A stretch of DNA of 53,655 nucleotides from Acidobacteriota bacterium (lineage in GTDB: Bacteria; Acidobacteriota; UBA4820; DSQY01), in contig JBBIUU010000009.1 in the NCBI GenBank assembly GCA_037440125.1, positions 1 through 53,655 of the forward strand, written 5' to 3'. The position numbers and the translations under genes were made by a program. The notes below the pieces were generated by a model. The model was not told the origin of the DNA, made no database searches, and saw only the letters and a program-made list of their open reading frames with translations. Positions 31,745 to 40,539 of this stretch are shown here, in pieces (the first letter of the stretch is position 1; the number at the start of each line of letters is the position of its first letter).

Positions 31745-33277
31745 ATGTCCACCCTCGCCAGAGAAAAGGGACTCCTCATGGACCGGGACCTCACGCAGAG
31801 GCTCCGGGCCGCCGTCCGGCGCGCGCCCGCGTCGGCGTGGGTGAACGCCGCGGTGGCGCTGAACCACCGCTCCCTGCCGCACCTCGCCGCCGAGGTCACG
31901 GAGGAGGGCCTCAAGCTCCATCCGAAGGAGAGCCGCCTCTGGATGGAGCGCATCAAGGCCGTGGCGTTCTACCCCGACAAGCTCCGCGCGGCGTGGGACG
32001 CGCTATCGAAGTCGAAGAAGCCCCCCGCCGACAGGGAGGTCCTGCTCGCGCTCGCCGAGTACTACCTCGAGCGGGACGCGGACGGGGTCGCGCGCCTCGA
32101 CAAGCTCCCGGAGAAGAAGCGCGGGGCCACGTTCTACGAGGTCCGGGGCCACTACGCCATGGCGCGACACGACTACCGCGGCGCCCTCGCGGCGTACCGC
32201 AAGGCGCGCAAGCTGGCGCCGGAGGACCTGCACCTCCTCTACCACATGGGCGAGGCCTTCCACGCGTCGGGCGACCTCGAGAACGCCATGAAGTCCCTCC
32301 TCGGCGTCGTCGGGCACGAGCGCCACTTCGTGCAGGCGTGGAACGCGCTGTGCCGCCTGCACCTCGAGCTGGATCAGGACGACCGTGCGCGGCAGGCCTT
32401 CGGCATGGCCCTCGCGGTGAACCCGAGGGACTGGGGCGTCTATTTCACCTTCGCCGACCACCATCTGGAGCAGGGCGACTACGAGCGCGCCGCCGCGCTC
32501 CTGGAGGACGTCCTCGAGCTCCAGCCCCAGGCCATCATCGCCGCCGAGGTTTACAACTACATGGGCTACCTGCTCTATCTGGAGGGCAAGTACGCCCAGG
32601 CCCTGCCCAACTTCCGCCAGGCCCTCGCCCTCAATCCCCAGCTCGCGGTGGCCCACGTAAACCTCGGCAACCTGCACTACCACCTCAAGAAGTACGATGA
32701 GGCCCGGGCCTGCTATCTGGGGGCCCTGAAGGTGGACCCGCAGCAGGCTTCCGCCGCCTGCCAGCTGGGGCTCCTCGAGCTGGAGCAGGGCAACCTCGAG
32801 GCCGCCCGGGACCCGCTGGAGAGGGCCCTCGCCATCGACCCGCTGGAGTACTGGGCGCACCTGGGGCTCTCCGAGTACCACCGCAAGACCCGGAACTCGG
32901 TGGACGCCCTCAAGGAGGCGCAGCGCGCCCTCCACATCGCGCCGGACGACGCGGACGTGCACAACTACCTGGGCATCGCGCTCGAGTGCAACCGCCGCTA
33001 CTTCGACGCCGAGAAGGCCTACCGGCACGCGCTCGAGTTCGACCCGCGCCACCGCTGGGCCGCCAACAACCTCGGCTACCTCTACGAGAAGATCATGCGC
33101 GTGGACCCGAGCGTGAAGGAGTCGGCGGTGAAGGCGTGGAAGACGCGCCTCCTCATCTGCCGCGACACGCAGGTCTCCATGCGCGGTGCCCTCCGGCACC
33201 TCGCCAAGCTCGGCGTCCGGCCGGGCACCATCCAGAAGTGGCTCGAGCAGGAGCCCGGTCCGAGACCCGCCAAGTGA
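31745..33277 (+). CDS. Tetratricopeptide repeat (TPR) protein
   Basis: The ATG at 31745 has GGGGAGGAAGGG upstream. An alternative ATG is at 31715. Contains many 34-aa A..Y..AL..dP......NLG..y repeats. Confidence 0.8.
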   Translation: MSTLAREKGLLMDRDLTQRLRAAVRRAPASAWVNAAVALNHRSLPHLAAEVTEEGLKLHPKESRLWMERIKAVAFYPDKLRAAWDALSKSKKPPADREVLLALAEYYLERDADGVARLDKLPEKKRGATFYEVRGHYAMARHDYRGALAAYRKARKLAPEDLHLLYHMGEAFHASGDLENAMKSLLGVVGHERHFVQAWNALCRLHLELDQDDRARQAFGMALAVNPRDWGVYFTFADHHLEQGDYERAAALLEDVLELQPQAIIAAEVYNYMGYLLYLEGKYAQALPNFRQALALNPQLAVAHVNLGNLHYHLKKYDEARACYLGALKVDPQQASAACQLGLLELEQGNLEAARDPLERALAIDPLEYWAHLGLSEYHRKTRNSVDALKEAQRALHIAPDDADVHNYLGIALECNRRYFDAEKAYRHALEFDPRHRWAANNLGYLYEKIMRVDPSVKESAVKAWKTRLLICRDTQVSMRGALRHLAKLGVRPGTIQKWLEQEPGPRPAK

Positions 33278-33284
33278 GCGCCCC

Positions 33285-33659
33285 GTGATCGTCGGGCTGG
33301 GGCTGGACCTCTGCGACGGTGCGCGCATGCGTCGCGCGCTGGCGCGGCACCCGCGCATGACGTGGCGCATCTTCACGGAGGGCGAGTCGGCCCTCTGCTC
33401 CGGGAGGCGAGACCCGGCCCCCTGCTTCGCCGCGCGCTTCGCGGCGAAGGAGGCTGCCATGAAGGCCCTCGGCACGGGCTGGAGCCGCGGCATCGGCTGG
33501 CGCGACATCGAGGTCGTGCGCGCCCCGGGACAGGCGCCGACTCTCGCCTTCCACCGCAAGGCCCTCGAGCGCTTCCGCGTACTCGGCGCCGCGCGCTCCG
33601 TCGTCACCATCACCCACGAGGGCGAGATGGCCGCCGCCGTCGTCATCCTCGAGAGTTGA
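33285..33659 (+). CDS. acpS: Holo-ACP synthase (4-prime-phosphopantetheinyl transferase)
   Basis: VIVGLGLDLCD..R, FAARFAAKEAAMKALGTG and W.DIEV.....G.P...... motifs. ~124 aa. Confidence 0.85.
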   Translation: MIVGLGLDLCDGARMRRALARHPRMTWRIFTEGESALCSGRRDPAPCFAARFAAKEAAMKALGTGWSRGIGWRDIEVVRAPGQAPTLAFHRKALERFRVLGAARSVVTITHEGEMAAAVVILES

Positions 33660-33894
33660 AAACCTGCGGGTAGCAAGAAAGAGGCAATCTCAGGGACGAA
33701 CGACAAGGCCTGGCCGCGGGCGCTTCGCGCCTTGACCAGGGCGCTTCGGACGGGCATCCGAAATCCCTCTGGGCCTTTCTCCCGCCCGTCTCGGCGCGCT
33801 GGCCGGTCTGCGACCGGCGCGGCCATTGGCGATACGGCTCCCCCCCTTGCACACCGCGCCGACGGCGCCGGACCTCCGGCGGCGTTAGCCATCA

Positions 33895-34016
33895 CGGCCT
33901 TGGGCGCTCCAAGTACACCAGTACGTGTCGGCCCAGGCCGCTCGGCTTCCTGGCCATAGGCCCAACGGCGTCGGGACGCCGTCTCCCTCCGCTTTGCTTC
34001 GGGAGCCGAACCGTTC
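33895..34016 (+). repeat. Copy A of a ~125-nt hairpin-containing dispersed repeat
   Basis: Aligns by eye to the reverse complement of 53521-53651. There are about a dozen differences in the first ~87 nt, and the core ggcccaacggcgtcgggacgccg is identical. It lies inside a ~590-nt gap with no credible ORF. Confidence 0.75.
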
Positions 34017-34253
34017 ATGACCATGATGGACTAGCAGAAGGTGGGGATGTCCTCGTTCCAAGAAATCGGGCCCCGGAGCGCAGCGGAGGGGACCGGCATT
34101 CCGCCGCGGTCGGGGCAGATCCGCGAAGACCGAGGCGGCCTCACCGGAGGCGGACTGACGACGTCCGTTGAGGATGAGGCCGCCGAGGGCGACAAAGGAG
34201 ATGCCCCAGGCCCCGGCGGCGCGGCGTGATAAACTGCACACTGGAGCTTGCGA

Positions 34254-34892
34254 ATGAACCGTCAGATAAGGCTCGGCGGCACCTGGACCCCCACCGTCGG
34301 CTGGCTCGTGGGCCTGAACGTGGGCTTCTTCCTCCTGCAGAACTTCAACCCGCTCTTCACAGCGTTCCTGGCGCTCGCACCGGGTGACGTGTGGCCCTAC
34401 CGCGTCTACACGCTCCTGACCTACGCCTTCCTCCACGGGAGCGTGGGGCACATCCTCTTCAACATGCTCACGCTCTACTTTTTCGGCGGCGACCTGGATC
34501 TCTTCCTCGGGCGGCGCCGCTTCCTCACGCTCTACCTCGGTTCGGCCATTTGCGGCGGTCTCGCAGCGCTCCTCCTCCCGCCGGGCACGGTCATCGTGGG
34601 CGCGAGCGGGGCGCTCTACGGCCTCCTCGTGGCGTACGCCGTCTACTTCCCGCAGACGGAGGTCCTCCTCTGGTTCATCCTGCCCATGAAGATGTGGGTC
34701 CTCGTGACCCTGTGGGTGGGGATCAGCGTCTTCTACTCGGTTTTCGGCTCGGGCGGTGGCATCGCGCACCTGGCGCACCTGGGCGGCGCGGTCTTCGGCC
34801 TGGTCTACACGCTCAGGCTGTGGCGCCCCTGGCCCGCCCTGAAGGACCTCCAGTACCGCTGGCGCCGCCGGCGATTCAAGCGGATCCAGTGA
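34254..34892 (+). CDS. Rhomboid family intramembrane serine protease
   Basis: HGSVGHILFNM, the GASGALYGL catalytic Ser motif and AHLAHLGGAVFG (His). The ATG at 34254 has GGAG 7 nt upstream. The track start is TTG at 34248. Confidence 0.85.
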   Translation: MNRQIRLGGTWTPTVGWLVGLNVGFFLLQNFNPLFTAFLALAPGDVWPYRVYTLLTYAFLHGSVGHILFNMLTLYFFGGDLDLFLGRRRFLTLYLGSAICGGLAALLLPPGTVIVGASGALYGLLVAYAVYFPQTEVLLWFILPMKMWVLVTLWVGISVFYSVFGSGGGIAHLAHLGGAVFGLVYTLRLWRPWPALKDLQYRWRRRRFKRIQ

Positions 34893-34896
34893 CCCC

Positions 34897-36246
34897 ATGA
34901 ACGCCACGGAGGTGGGGAAGGCCGCGCAGGCGCTCGACGCACGGCTGGGGCGCGGGTTCATCGGGAAGGTCCTGAGGCCCGACCCCTGGACCCTCGGCTT
35001 CGAGCTAGCGGGGAGCGGCATCCTCGGTTTCTGCTGGGAGCCCGCCGCCCTCGCCGTGGGCCTCTGCGAATGGCGTTGGCCGCGCGGCGCGCCCGAGGAG
35101 ATCCTCGTCCGGCACGTCCAGGGCGCCATCGTGGAGGGCGTGACGGCCGTCCCGGGGGAGCCGATCCTCCGCCTCGCGCTGAGGGGCGAGACGTGCCGCG
35201 CCCTCGTCTGGGAGGGCATCGGCCGATCGGCGAACCTCCTCGTCCTGGGCGAAGAGGACGTGGTCCTCTGGTCGGGGCGTCTCCTCAAGGGACCGGTGCG
35301 GAGCGGTCGGACGGGGGAGCGCTGGGTGCCTCCCCCCGCCAGGCCCTCATCCACGGAGGGAGAGCAGGCCACCTCTGCGGAGGAACTGCTCGCCTCCGGC
35401 GCCGAGCGCCTCCTCGCAGGTCTCGTGGAGCGCGGGCGCCGGGCGGCCCTCTCCAAGATCGACCAGCGGGCGAAAGCGCTTGCGAGAAAGATCGACGCCC
35501 TCGAAGGGGACCGCGGGGAGGGCGCCACCTGGCTCGGGCTCGAGCCCTTGGCCCAGGCGCTCCTCGCCACGGCGGGCCTGACCCGCCGCGGGGAGACCTC
35601 CCGCAAGGTCTGGGACTACACGCGGGACCCGCCTGCGGAAGTGGAGCTGCCGCTCGACCCGGCGCGCACCGTCCGCGAGAACGCCGCCGACCTCTTCCGG
35701 AAGGTCCAGCGGGGCAGAGCCCGCCAGGCGCTCGTGGAGGAGCACCTCGCCGCGGCGCGGAACGAGATGGACGGGCTCCCCGCGAGGCGCGCCGAGCTCG
35801 AGGCCTGCACCGACCTCGCCGTGCTCTTCCCCGGCGGGAAGCGGGCCGCCCGCGTGGCGCCCGCCCAGGCCCGCAGGACCCTCCCGGCGGGGGTCGCCTC
35901 CGTGCCCCTCCCCAAGGGGTTCACGGGTTACGCCGGGAAGAGCGCCGAGGGCAACGACACCGTGAGTTTCAAGCTCGGCCGGGGCGGGGACGTGTGGTTC
36001 CACGCCTCGGACTACGCGGGGTGCCACGTGGTCGTGCGGTGCCCGCCGAAGAGCGAGGACCTGCCCTACGACGTGGAGCAGGCGGCCGCCCTCTACGCCG
36101 CGGCGCACAGCGGGGCGCCCCCCGGGAACCGGGTCGCCGTGGTGGTCAGCCGGTGCAAGTTCCTCAGGCGCGTGAAGGGGGCCCCCGGCCGGGTGATGAT
36201 GTCTTCCCATCGTACTGTTTTCGTTGACCTTCCCCGGAGCCGGTGA
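34897..36246 (+). CDS. NFACT family protein (RqcH/FbpA-like, NFACT-N plus DUF814/NFACT-R)
   Basis: The N-terminal block ...PILRLALRGE....LVWEGIGRSANLLVL is NFACT-N-like. The C-terminal block G.SAEGNDTVSFKLGRGGDVWFHASDYAGCHVVVR is DUF814-like. Confidence 0.8.
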   Translation: MNATEVGKAAQALDARLGRGFIGKVLRPDPWTLGFELAGSGILGFCWEPAALAVGLCEWRWPRGAPEEILVRHVQGAIVEGVTAVPGEPILRLALRGETCRALVWEGIGRSANLLVLGEEDVVLWSGRLLKGPVRSGRTGERWVPPPARPSSTEGEQATSAEELLASGAERLLAGLVERGRRAALSKIDQRAKALARKIDALEGDRGEGATWLGLEPLAQALLATAGLTRRGETSRKVWDYTRDPPAEVELPLDPARTVRENAADLFRKVQRGRARQALVEEHLAAARNEMDGLPARRAELEACTDLAVLFPGGKRAARVAPAQARRTLPAGVASVPLPKGFTGYAGKSAEGNDTVSFKLGRGGDVWFHASDYAGCHVVVRCPPKSEDLPYDVEQAAALYAAAHSGAPPGNRVAVVVSRCKFLRRVKGAPGRVMMSSHRTVFVDLPRSR

Positions 36247-36278
36247 TATCGTTGCAAGAACGGGTCTGGGAGGTGTAA

Positions 36279-37199
36279 ATGCGTAAGCTTGCGGTCGTGA
36301 TGGCAGCGGGGATGGCCATCGCCTTCCTGGGGGCTTCGCCGCTCCAGGCGGCCGGCGTTTTCGTGGTGGCTCCCAAGGGGGTGGAGGCCTTCGAGGGTGC
36401 CAAGGCGGGGTTCATCCAGATGGCCTACGGTGTCCAGATGCCGGGCCTCAACCCCAGGACCGTGGACCTCGACGGCTCCGCGGCCGACGACGCGGCGATC
36501 TCGGCGCTGGCCGCCCAGAACCCCGCGGTGGTCTTCGCCGTGGGATCGCAGGCCGTCAAGAAGGTCCGCAAGGCCCTGCCCGACGTCTGGATCGTCTACG
36601 GCATGGTATACTTCCCGGAGTCCGAGGGGTTCCTCAACGACGCGAAGATGGTGGGCGTGGCCTCCCTCGGCCCCACCAAGGGTCTTGCGGCGGCGATCAA
36701 GACCTTCACCAAGTCCAAATCGGTGGTGGTCCTCCACGCTCAGGCCGAATCGGCCACCGTGTCCGCGCTCACGGAGCGCCTCCGGGCCGAGGGCCTGGAC
36801 GCCCAGTCCAAGGGGGTCTCCTCCTCGGCGGATGTGCCCGCGGCCTTCGACGCGGTGAAGGAGTCCTACAAGACGGTCATCCTCCTCCCGGACGGCATCA
36901 CCGCCAACCCCGACTCCATGCGCTTCCTCATCTCCCAGTGCGTCCAGGGCGGTATCCTCCCCGTGGGACTCGCCGAGCCCCTCGTGGCCTCGGGCGCCTT
37001 CCTCGCGGCGTATTACCCCGCCGAGGCCGTGGGGAACCAGGCGGCGCGGCTCGCGGCGGACCTGGCCAAGACCGGCAATACTCCTGCGGACAGGCTCGTC
37101 ACGCCCGCCGAGTCGGCGACGGCGCTGAACAAGAGCACGGCGCAGGCCCTCAAGATCAACATCCCCAAGACCTTCCGAGTCGAGGTCACCTATGAGTAG
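36279..37199 (+). CDS. Periplasmic substrate-binding-like protein (ABC_sub_bind-type fold, tentative)
   Basis: GGGAGGTG upstream. Signal peptide MRKLAVVMAAGMAIAFLGASPLQAA. An alternating beta-alpha pattern runs throughout. The stop overlaps the MCP start (ATGAGTAG). Confidence 0.6.
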   Translation: MRKLAVVMAAGMAIAFLGASPLQAAGVFVVAPKGVEAFEGAKAGFIQMAYGVQMPGLNPRTVDLDGSAADDAAISALAAQNPAVVFAVGSQAVKKVRKALPDVWIVYGMVYFPESEGFLNDAKMVGVASLGPTKGLAAAIKTFTKSKSVVVLHAQAESATVSALTERLRAEGLDAQSKGVSSSADVPAAFDAVKESYKTVILLPDGITANPDSMRFLISQCVQGGILPVGLAEPLVASGAFLAAYYPAEAVGNQAARLAADLAKTGNTPADRLVTPAESATALNKSTAQALKINIPKTFRVEVTYE

Positions 37200-39351
37200 C
37201 ACTGGGGCGGGGCGCCTCTTGGCCCCGCTGAGGGGCAGCATCCGGAGCCAGATCCTCGCGGTCCTCCTGGGCATGCTGTTCCTGGGGTCCATCATCCAGG
37301 GCCTCGTGTTCTACCTGCAGGCTCGCTCCGTGTCGATCCAGCAGATGAGCGACTCCTACCGCGGCCTGGCCCTCCAGGTGGCGGGCCTCTCGGCCTACAA
37401 CATGCAGTTCAACAAGGCGGGGCTGAAGGAGACGGTCACCGAGATGGTGGCCACGGACCAGAACCTCCTCTGGGTCGAGTACACGGACACCGCGGGGAAG
37501 GTGCTCCAGGCGGGCGGCCCCCTCAAGGAGGCCCCCTTCGCGCGCATCGCCGAGGCCACGACCGCGGCGCGGGTCTCGCAGATCGCCACGCCCTCCGGCC
37601 CGGCCCTGCTCGTCCGGGCGCCCATCAACGCCGCCGTGGCGGCGGCGGGCGGCGGCTTCGGGGACCTCGGCGCCGAGCCGCAGGCCGCGGCGCCCCAGTC
37701 CAAGACCATCGGCGAGCTGCGTATCGTCGTCAGCCTCAAGCCCCTTGCCGTGCTCCTGAGGAGCTACGCCACCTCGGGGACCCTCACGATCCTCTTCACC
37801 ATGATCGTGGGCACCGTCGTCTCCATCGTGATCATGCGCTACCTCACGCGCCCCCTCTACCAGCTCAGCCAGCTCGCGGGCCGCATCGCCTCGGGAGACC
37901 TCTCCACCTCGGGCATGAAGGGCGCCGCCGCGCGCGAGGACGAGCTCGGCAAGCTCGTGACCTCCTTCCAGGGCATGTCGCAGAACCTCGCGGGGATGAT
38001 CCGCGAGATCCGCGAGGCCTTCCAGCGCGTGGAGGAGGGGACGCAGACGGTGCGCAAGAACCTCGCGCTCACGCTCAACAACAGCAAGGAGCACGAGGGC
38101 GTCGCGCAGCGCGTCACGGACCAGGTGAGCGCCATCCAGAAGGCCGTCGGCGAGGTCACGCACCTCATGGAGGGCCTGAGCCGCCTCGCGGAGGAGGTGA
38201 GCTCCTCGGTCCTCGAGATGATCGCGAGCATCGACCAGATCGCGAGCCACACCGACAGCCTCACGGAGTCGGTCAACACGGTGGCCTCCACCCTCACGCA
38301 GAACGTGGCGGCCATTCGCGAGATCGACTCGTCGGCGGAGAACCTCAACCGGTTCGTGGAGGAGACCTCCTCCTCCATGGCCGAGATGGAGGCGAGCATC
38401 CGCCAGATCGAGGAGAACGCCGCGGCCACCCGCAAGGCGACCGAGCAGGTGGCCGAGGAGGCCGAGTCGGGCACGCGCGCCATGGAGCACGCCTCCGACA
38501 GCATCCAGCGCCTCCAGGCCACCTTCGAGTCCACGCACGAGGTCATGCGCCTCCTCGGCCAGCGCAGCGAGGAGGTGGGCAACATCCTCTCGGTCATCGA
38601 CGAGGTCATGGAGCAGACGCACCTCCTCGCCCTCAACGCTGCCATCATCGCCGCGCAGGCGGGGGAGCACGGCAAGTCCTTCTCGGTCGTGGCCGGCGAG
38701 ATCAAGGAGCTCGCGGGGAAGACCTCCGTCTCGACGCGCGAGATCGCGGCCCTCATCGACGCGGTCCAGCGCGACGTGCACCAGGCCGTCGAAGCCGTGG
38801 GCGCGCAGCGCGCCATCGTGGACCAGACGGTCTCCGTGTCCCAGGAGACGCGGCAGGTCTTCGGGCGCATCCAGGGGGCCGTGAAGCCCTCCCTGCGCAT
38901 GGTCCAGGAGATCGCGCGCAACACCACCGAGCAGGCCCGCGGCGCCGCGGGGATCCTCAAGGCCACCCAGCAGCTCAGCGACCTGGCGCACCACCTGCGC
39001 CGGGGCACCAAGGAGCAGAGCCTGGGCAGCGAGCAGATCCTCGAGGCCATGGGGCGCATCCGCCTCCTCGCCGAGGAGATGAAGCGCGCCACCGACGAGC
39101 AGACCGAGGGCTCGAGCCTCATCCGGCAGGCCATGGACCGCCTCACCGCCGCCATCGCCGACGTCATGGCCCAGACCCAGGCCCAGGGCAAGGCGGGGCG
39201 CGAGGTGGAGCGCACCATGGAGGCCTTCCGCACCTCCAACCGCGCGAGCGTGGCGAGCGTCCAGGAGGCCTCCGAGCAGGTGGAGGCCCTCGCCCAGCGC
39301 GCCGAGGAGGTGGGCCGCGGCATGGGCCGCTTCCACACCGAGGGGAGCTGA
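37192..39351 (+). CDS. Methyl-accepting chemotaxis protein
   Basis: Two TM segments flank a ~170-aa sensor region. A HAMP-like segment follows. Highly conserved signalling hairpin EQTHLLALNAAIIAAQAGEHGKSFSVVAGEIKELA. Confidence 0.9.
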   Translation: MSSTGAGRLLAPLRGSIRSQILAVLLGMLFLGSIIQGLVFYLQARSVSIQQMSDSYRGLALQVAGLSAYNMQFNKAGLKETVTEMVATDQNLLWVEYTDTAGKVLQAGGPLKEAPFARIAEATTAARVSQIATPSGPALLVRAPINAAVAAAGGGFGDLGAEPQAAAPQSKTIGELRIVVSLKPLAVLLRSYATSGTLTILFTMIVGTVVSIVIMRYLTRPLYQLSQLAGRIASGDLSTSGMKGAAAREDELGKLVTSFQGMSQNLAGMIREIREAFQRVEEGTQTVRKNLALTLNNSKEHEGVAQRVTDQVSAIQKAVGEVTHLMEGLSRLAEEVSSSVLEMIASIDQIASHTDSLTESVNTVASTLTQNVAAIREIDSSAENLNRFVEETSSSMAEMEASIRQIEENAAATRKATEQVAEEAESGTRAMEHASDSIQRLQATFESTHEVMRLLGQRSEEVGNILSVIDEVMEQTHLLALNAAIIAAQAGEHGKSFSVVAGEIKELAGKTSVSTREIAALIDAVQRDVHQAVEAVGAQRAIVDQTVSVSQETRQVFGRIQGAVKPSLRMVQEIARNTTEQARGAAGILKATQQLSDLAHHLRRGTKEQSLGSEQILEAMGRIRLLAEEMKRATDEQTEGSSLIRQAMDRLTAAIADVMAQTQAQGKAGREVERTMEAFRTSNRASVASVQEASEQVEALAQRAEEVGRGMGRFHTEGS

Positions 39352-39352
39352 C

Positions 39353-39883
39353 GTGGCGCAGTTCGCGAGCCTGTTCCAGTTCAAGCGGGAGCGCGTCCGG
39401 GAAGACCCCGAGCGCCTCTTCCTCGGATTCACCGCGGGGGGCCAGGGCTACGCCCTCGAGGTCTCCGTGGTCCGCGAGATCCTGCGCATCCCCAAGATCA
39501 CCTCCCTGCCGCGCGTCCCCGCCTTCATCAAGGGCGTCATCGACCTGCGGGGGGCCATCCTCCCCATCCTCGACCTGAGGGAGCGTCTCGCCCTCGGCTC
39601 CGTGGACCTCAAGAAGGGCCGCATCGTGGTGATGAACCCCGGGGGCAGCCAGCCCCTGGGCCTCCTCGTGGACGCCGCCACCGAGGTGGTGAAGGCCGCC
39701 CCCGAGGACATCCTGCCGCCGCCCGAGGCGATCCAGGCCCCCCAGATGGAGATCATCGAGGCCGTCCTGCGCGCGCCGGGGCAGCTCTACCTGCTGCTGA
39801 GGCCCCAGTCCATCCTCACCAGGAAGGAGTTCGAGGTCCTGGAGGCCCAGCCCTGGTCCCGGCGGGACCGGGACGGGAAATGA
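39353..39883 (+). CDS. cheW: Chemotaxis coupling protein CheW
   Basis: GTG start 2 nt after the MCP stop. YALEVSVVREILR..KITSLP..P.FIKGVIDLRG.ILPILDLRERL. Confidence 0.9.
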   Translation: MAQFASLFQFKRERVREDPERLFLGFTAGGQGYALEVSVVREILRIPKITSLPRVPAFIKGVIDLRGAILPILDLRERLALGSVDLKKGRIVVMNPGGSQPLGLLVDAATEVVKAAPEDILPPPEAIQAPQMEIIEAVLRAPGQLYLLLRPQSILTRKEFEVLEAQPWSRRDRDGK

Positions 39884-40539
39884 CCGCCATCTCCACGGAC
39901 CCGCTCGATCACGTCGAGGGACTCCTGGTGACCCCCACGCTCACCGCCGCAGATGCTCTCGCCCGCGCCGAGGCGTGGACGGGCCTCGGCGTGCGCCGCA
40001 TCCTTGCGCCGCCCTGGCTCCTGGAGCGCCTCGCCGGGGAGGAGTTCGAGGGCGTCTCCCTCGCCGGGGCCGTGGCCTATCCCCACGGCGGCGCCACGCT
40101 CACGAGCAAGCGCGTGGAGCTTCTGGAATGCGCCAAGCTCGGCGCGAAGGCCGCCACGGTGGTGCTCACGCCCGGGCTCGTCGCGGCGGGGGACGCCACC
40201 GCTCTGGAGCGCGAGATGGCGCCCCTGCTCGCCACCGCCCCCGAGCTGGAGGTCCGCTTCCTCGTGGACGACGGGGCCCACTCGGAGGGCGCGCTCACGG
40301 TGCTCATGCGCGTGATCAAGTCGGTCCGCCCCGCCCTCCTAGTCCTCGCGCGGGGGCTGCACGGCGGCGCGGAGGCGCCCGGGCGCCTGAAATGGATCAG
40401 GGACCGCCTGACCAGCAAGGTCCCCCTCGCGAGCCTGGGGACCGTCGCGGGGCCCGAGGAGGCCCGCGCCCTCGAGAAAGCGGGCGCGCACCTCCTGTGT
40501 ACGGACCGGCCCGAGCTCCTCGCCGAGGCGTCGCCGTGA
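39880..40539 (+). CDS. DeoC-like TIM-barrel protein; catalytic lysine blocks appear substituted
   Basis: ATGA overlap with cheW. By-eye alignment to deoxyribose-phosphate aldolase blocks (V..P.w......L.g..v....V..yP.G......K..E...A...GA). However, KVIIE is replaced by VRFLVD and FVKTSTG by LLVLARG. Confidence 0.5.
   Translation: MTAISTDPLDHVEGLLVTPTLTAADALARAEAWTGLGVRRILAPPWLLERLAGEEFEGVSLAGAVAYPHGGATLTSKRVELLECAKLGAKAATVVLTPGLVAAGDATALEREMAPLLATAPELEVRFLVDDGAHSEGALTVLMRVIKSVRPALLVLARGLHGGAEAPGRLKWIRDRLTSKVPLASLGTVAGPEEARALEKAGAHLLCTDRPELLAEASP

Noticed and set aside
33643-34229. Small ORFs inside the acpS-rhomboid gap: 33643..33852(-), 33732..33959(+), 34041..34229(+).
   Set aside because: They have Arg/Pro/Gly/Ala-biased composition, no SD-start context and no motifs. 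They also overlap the structured repeat.
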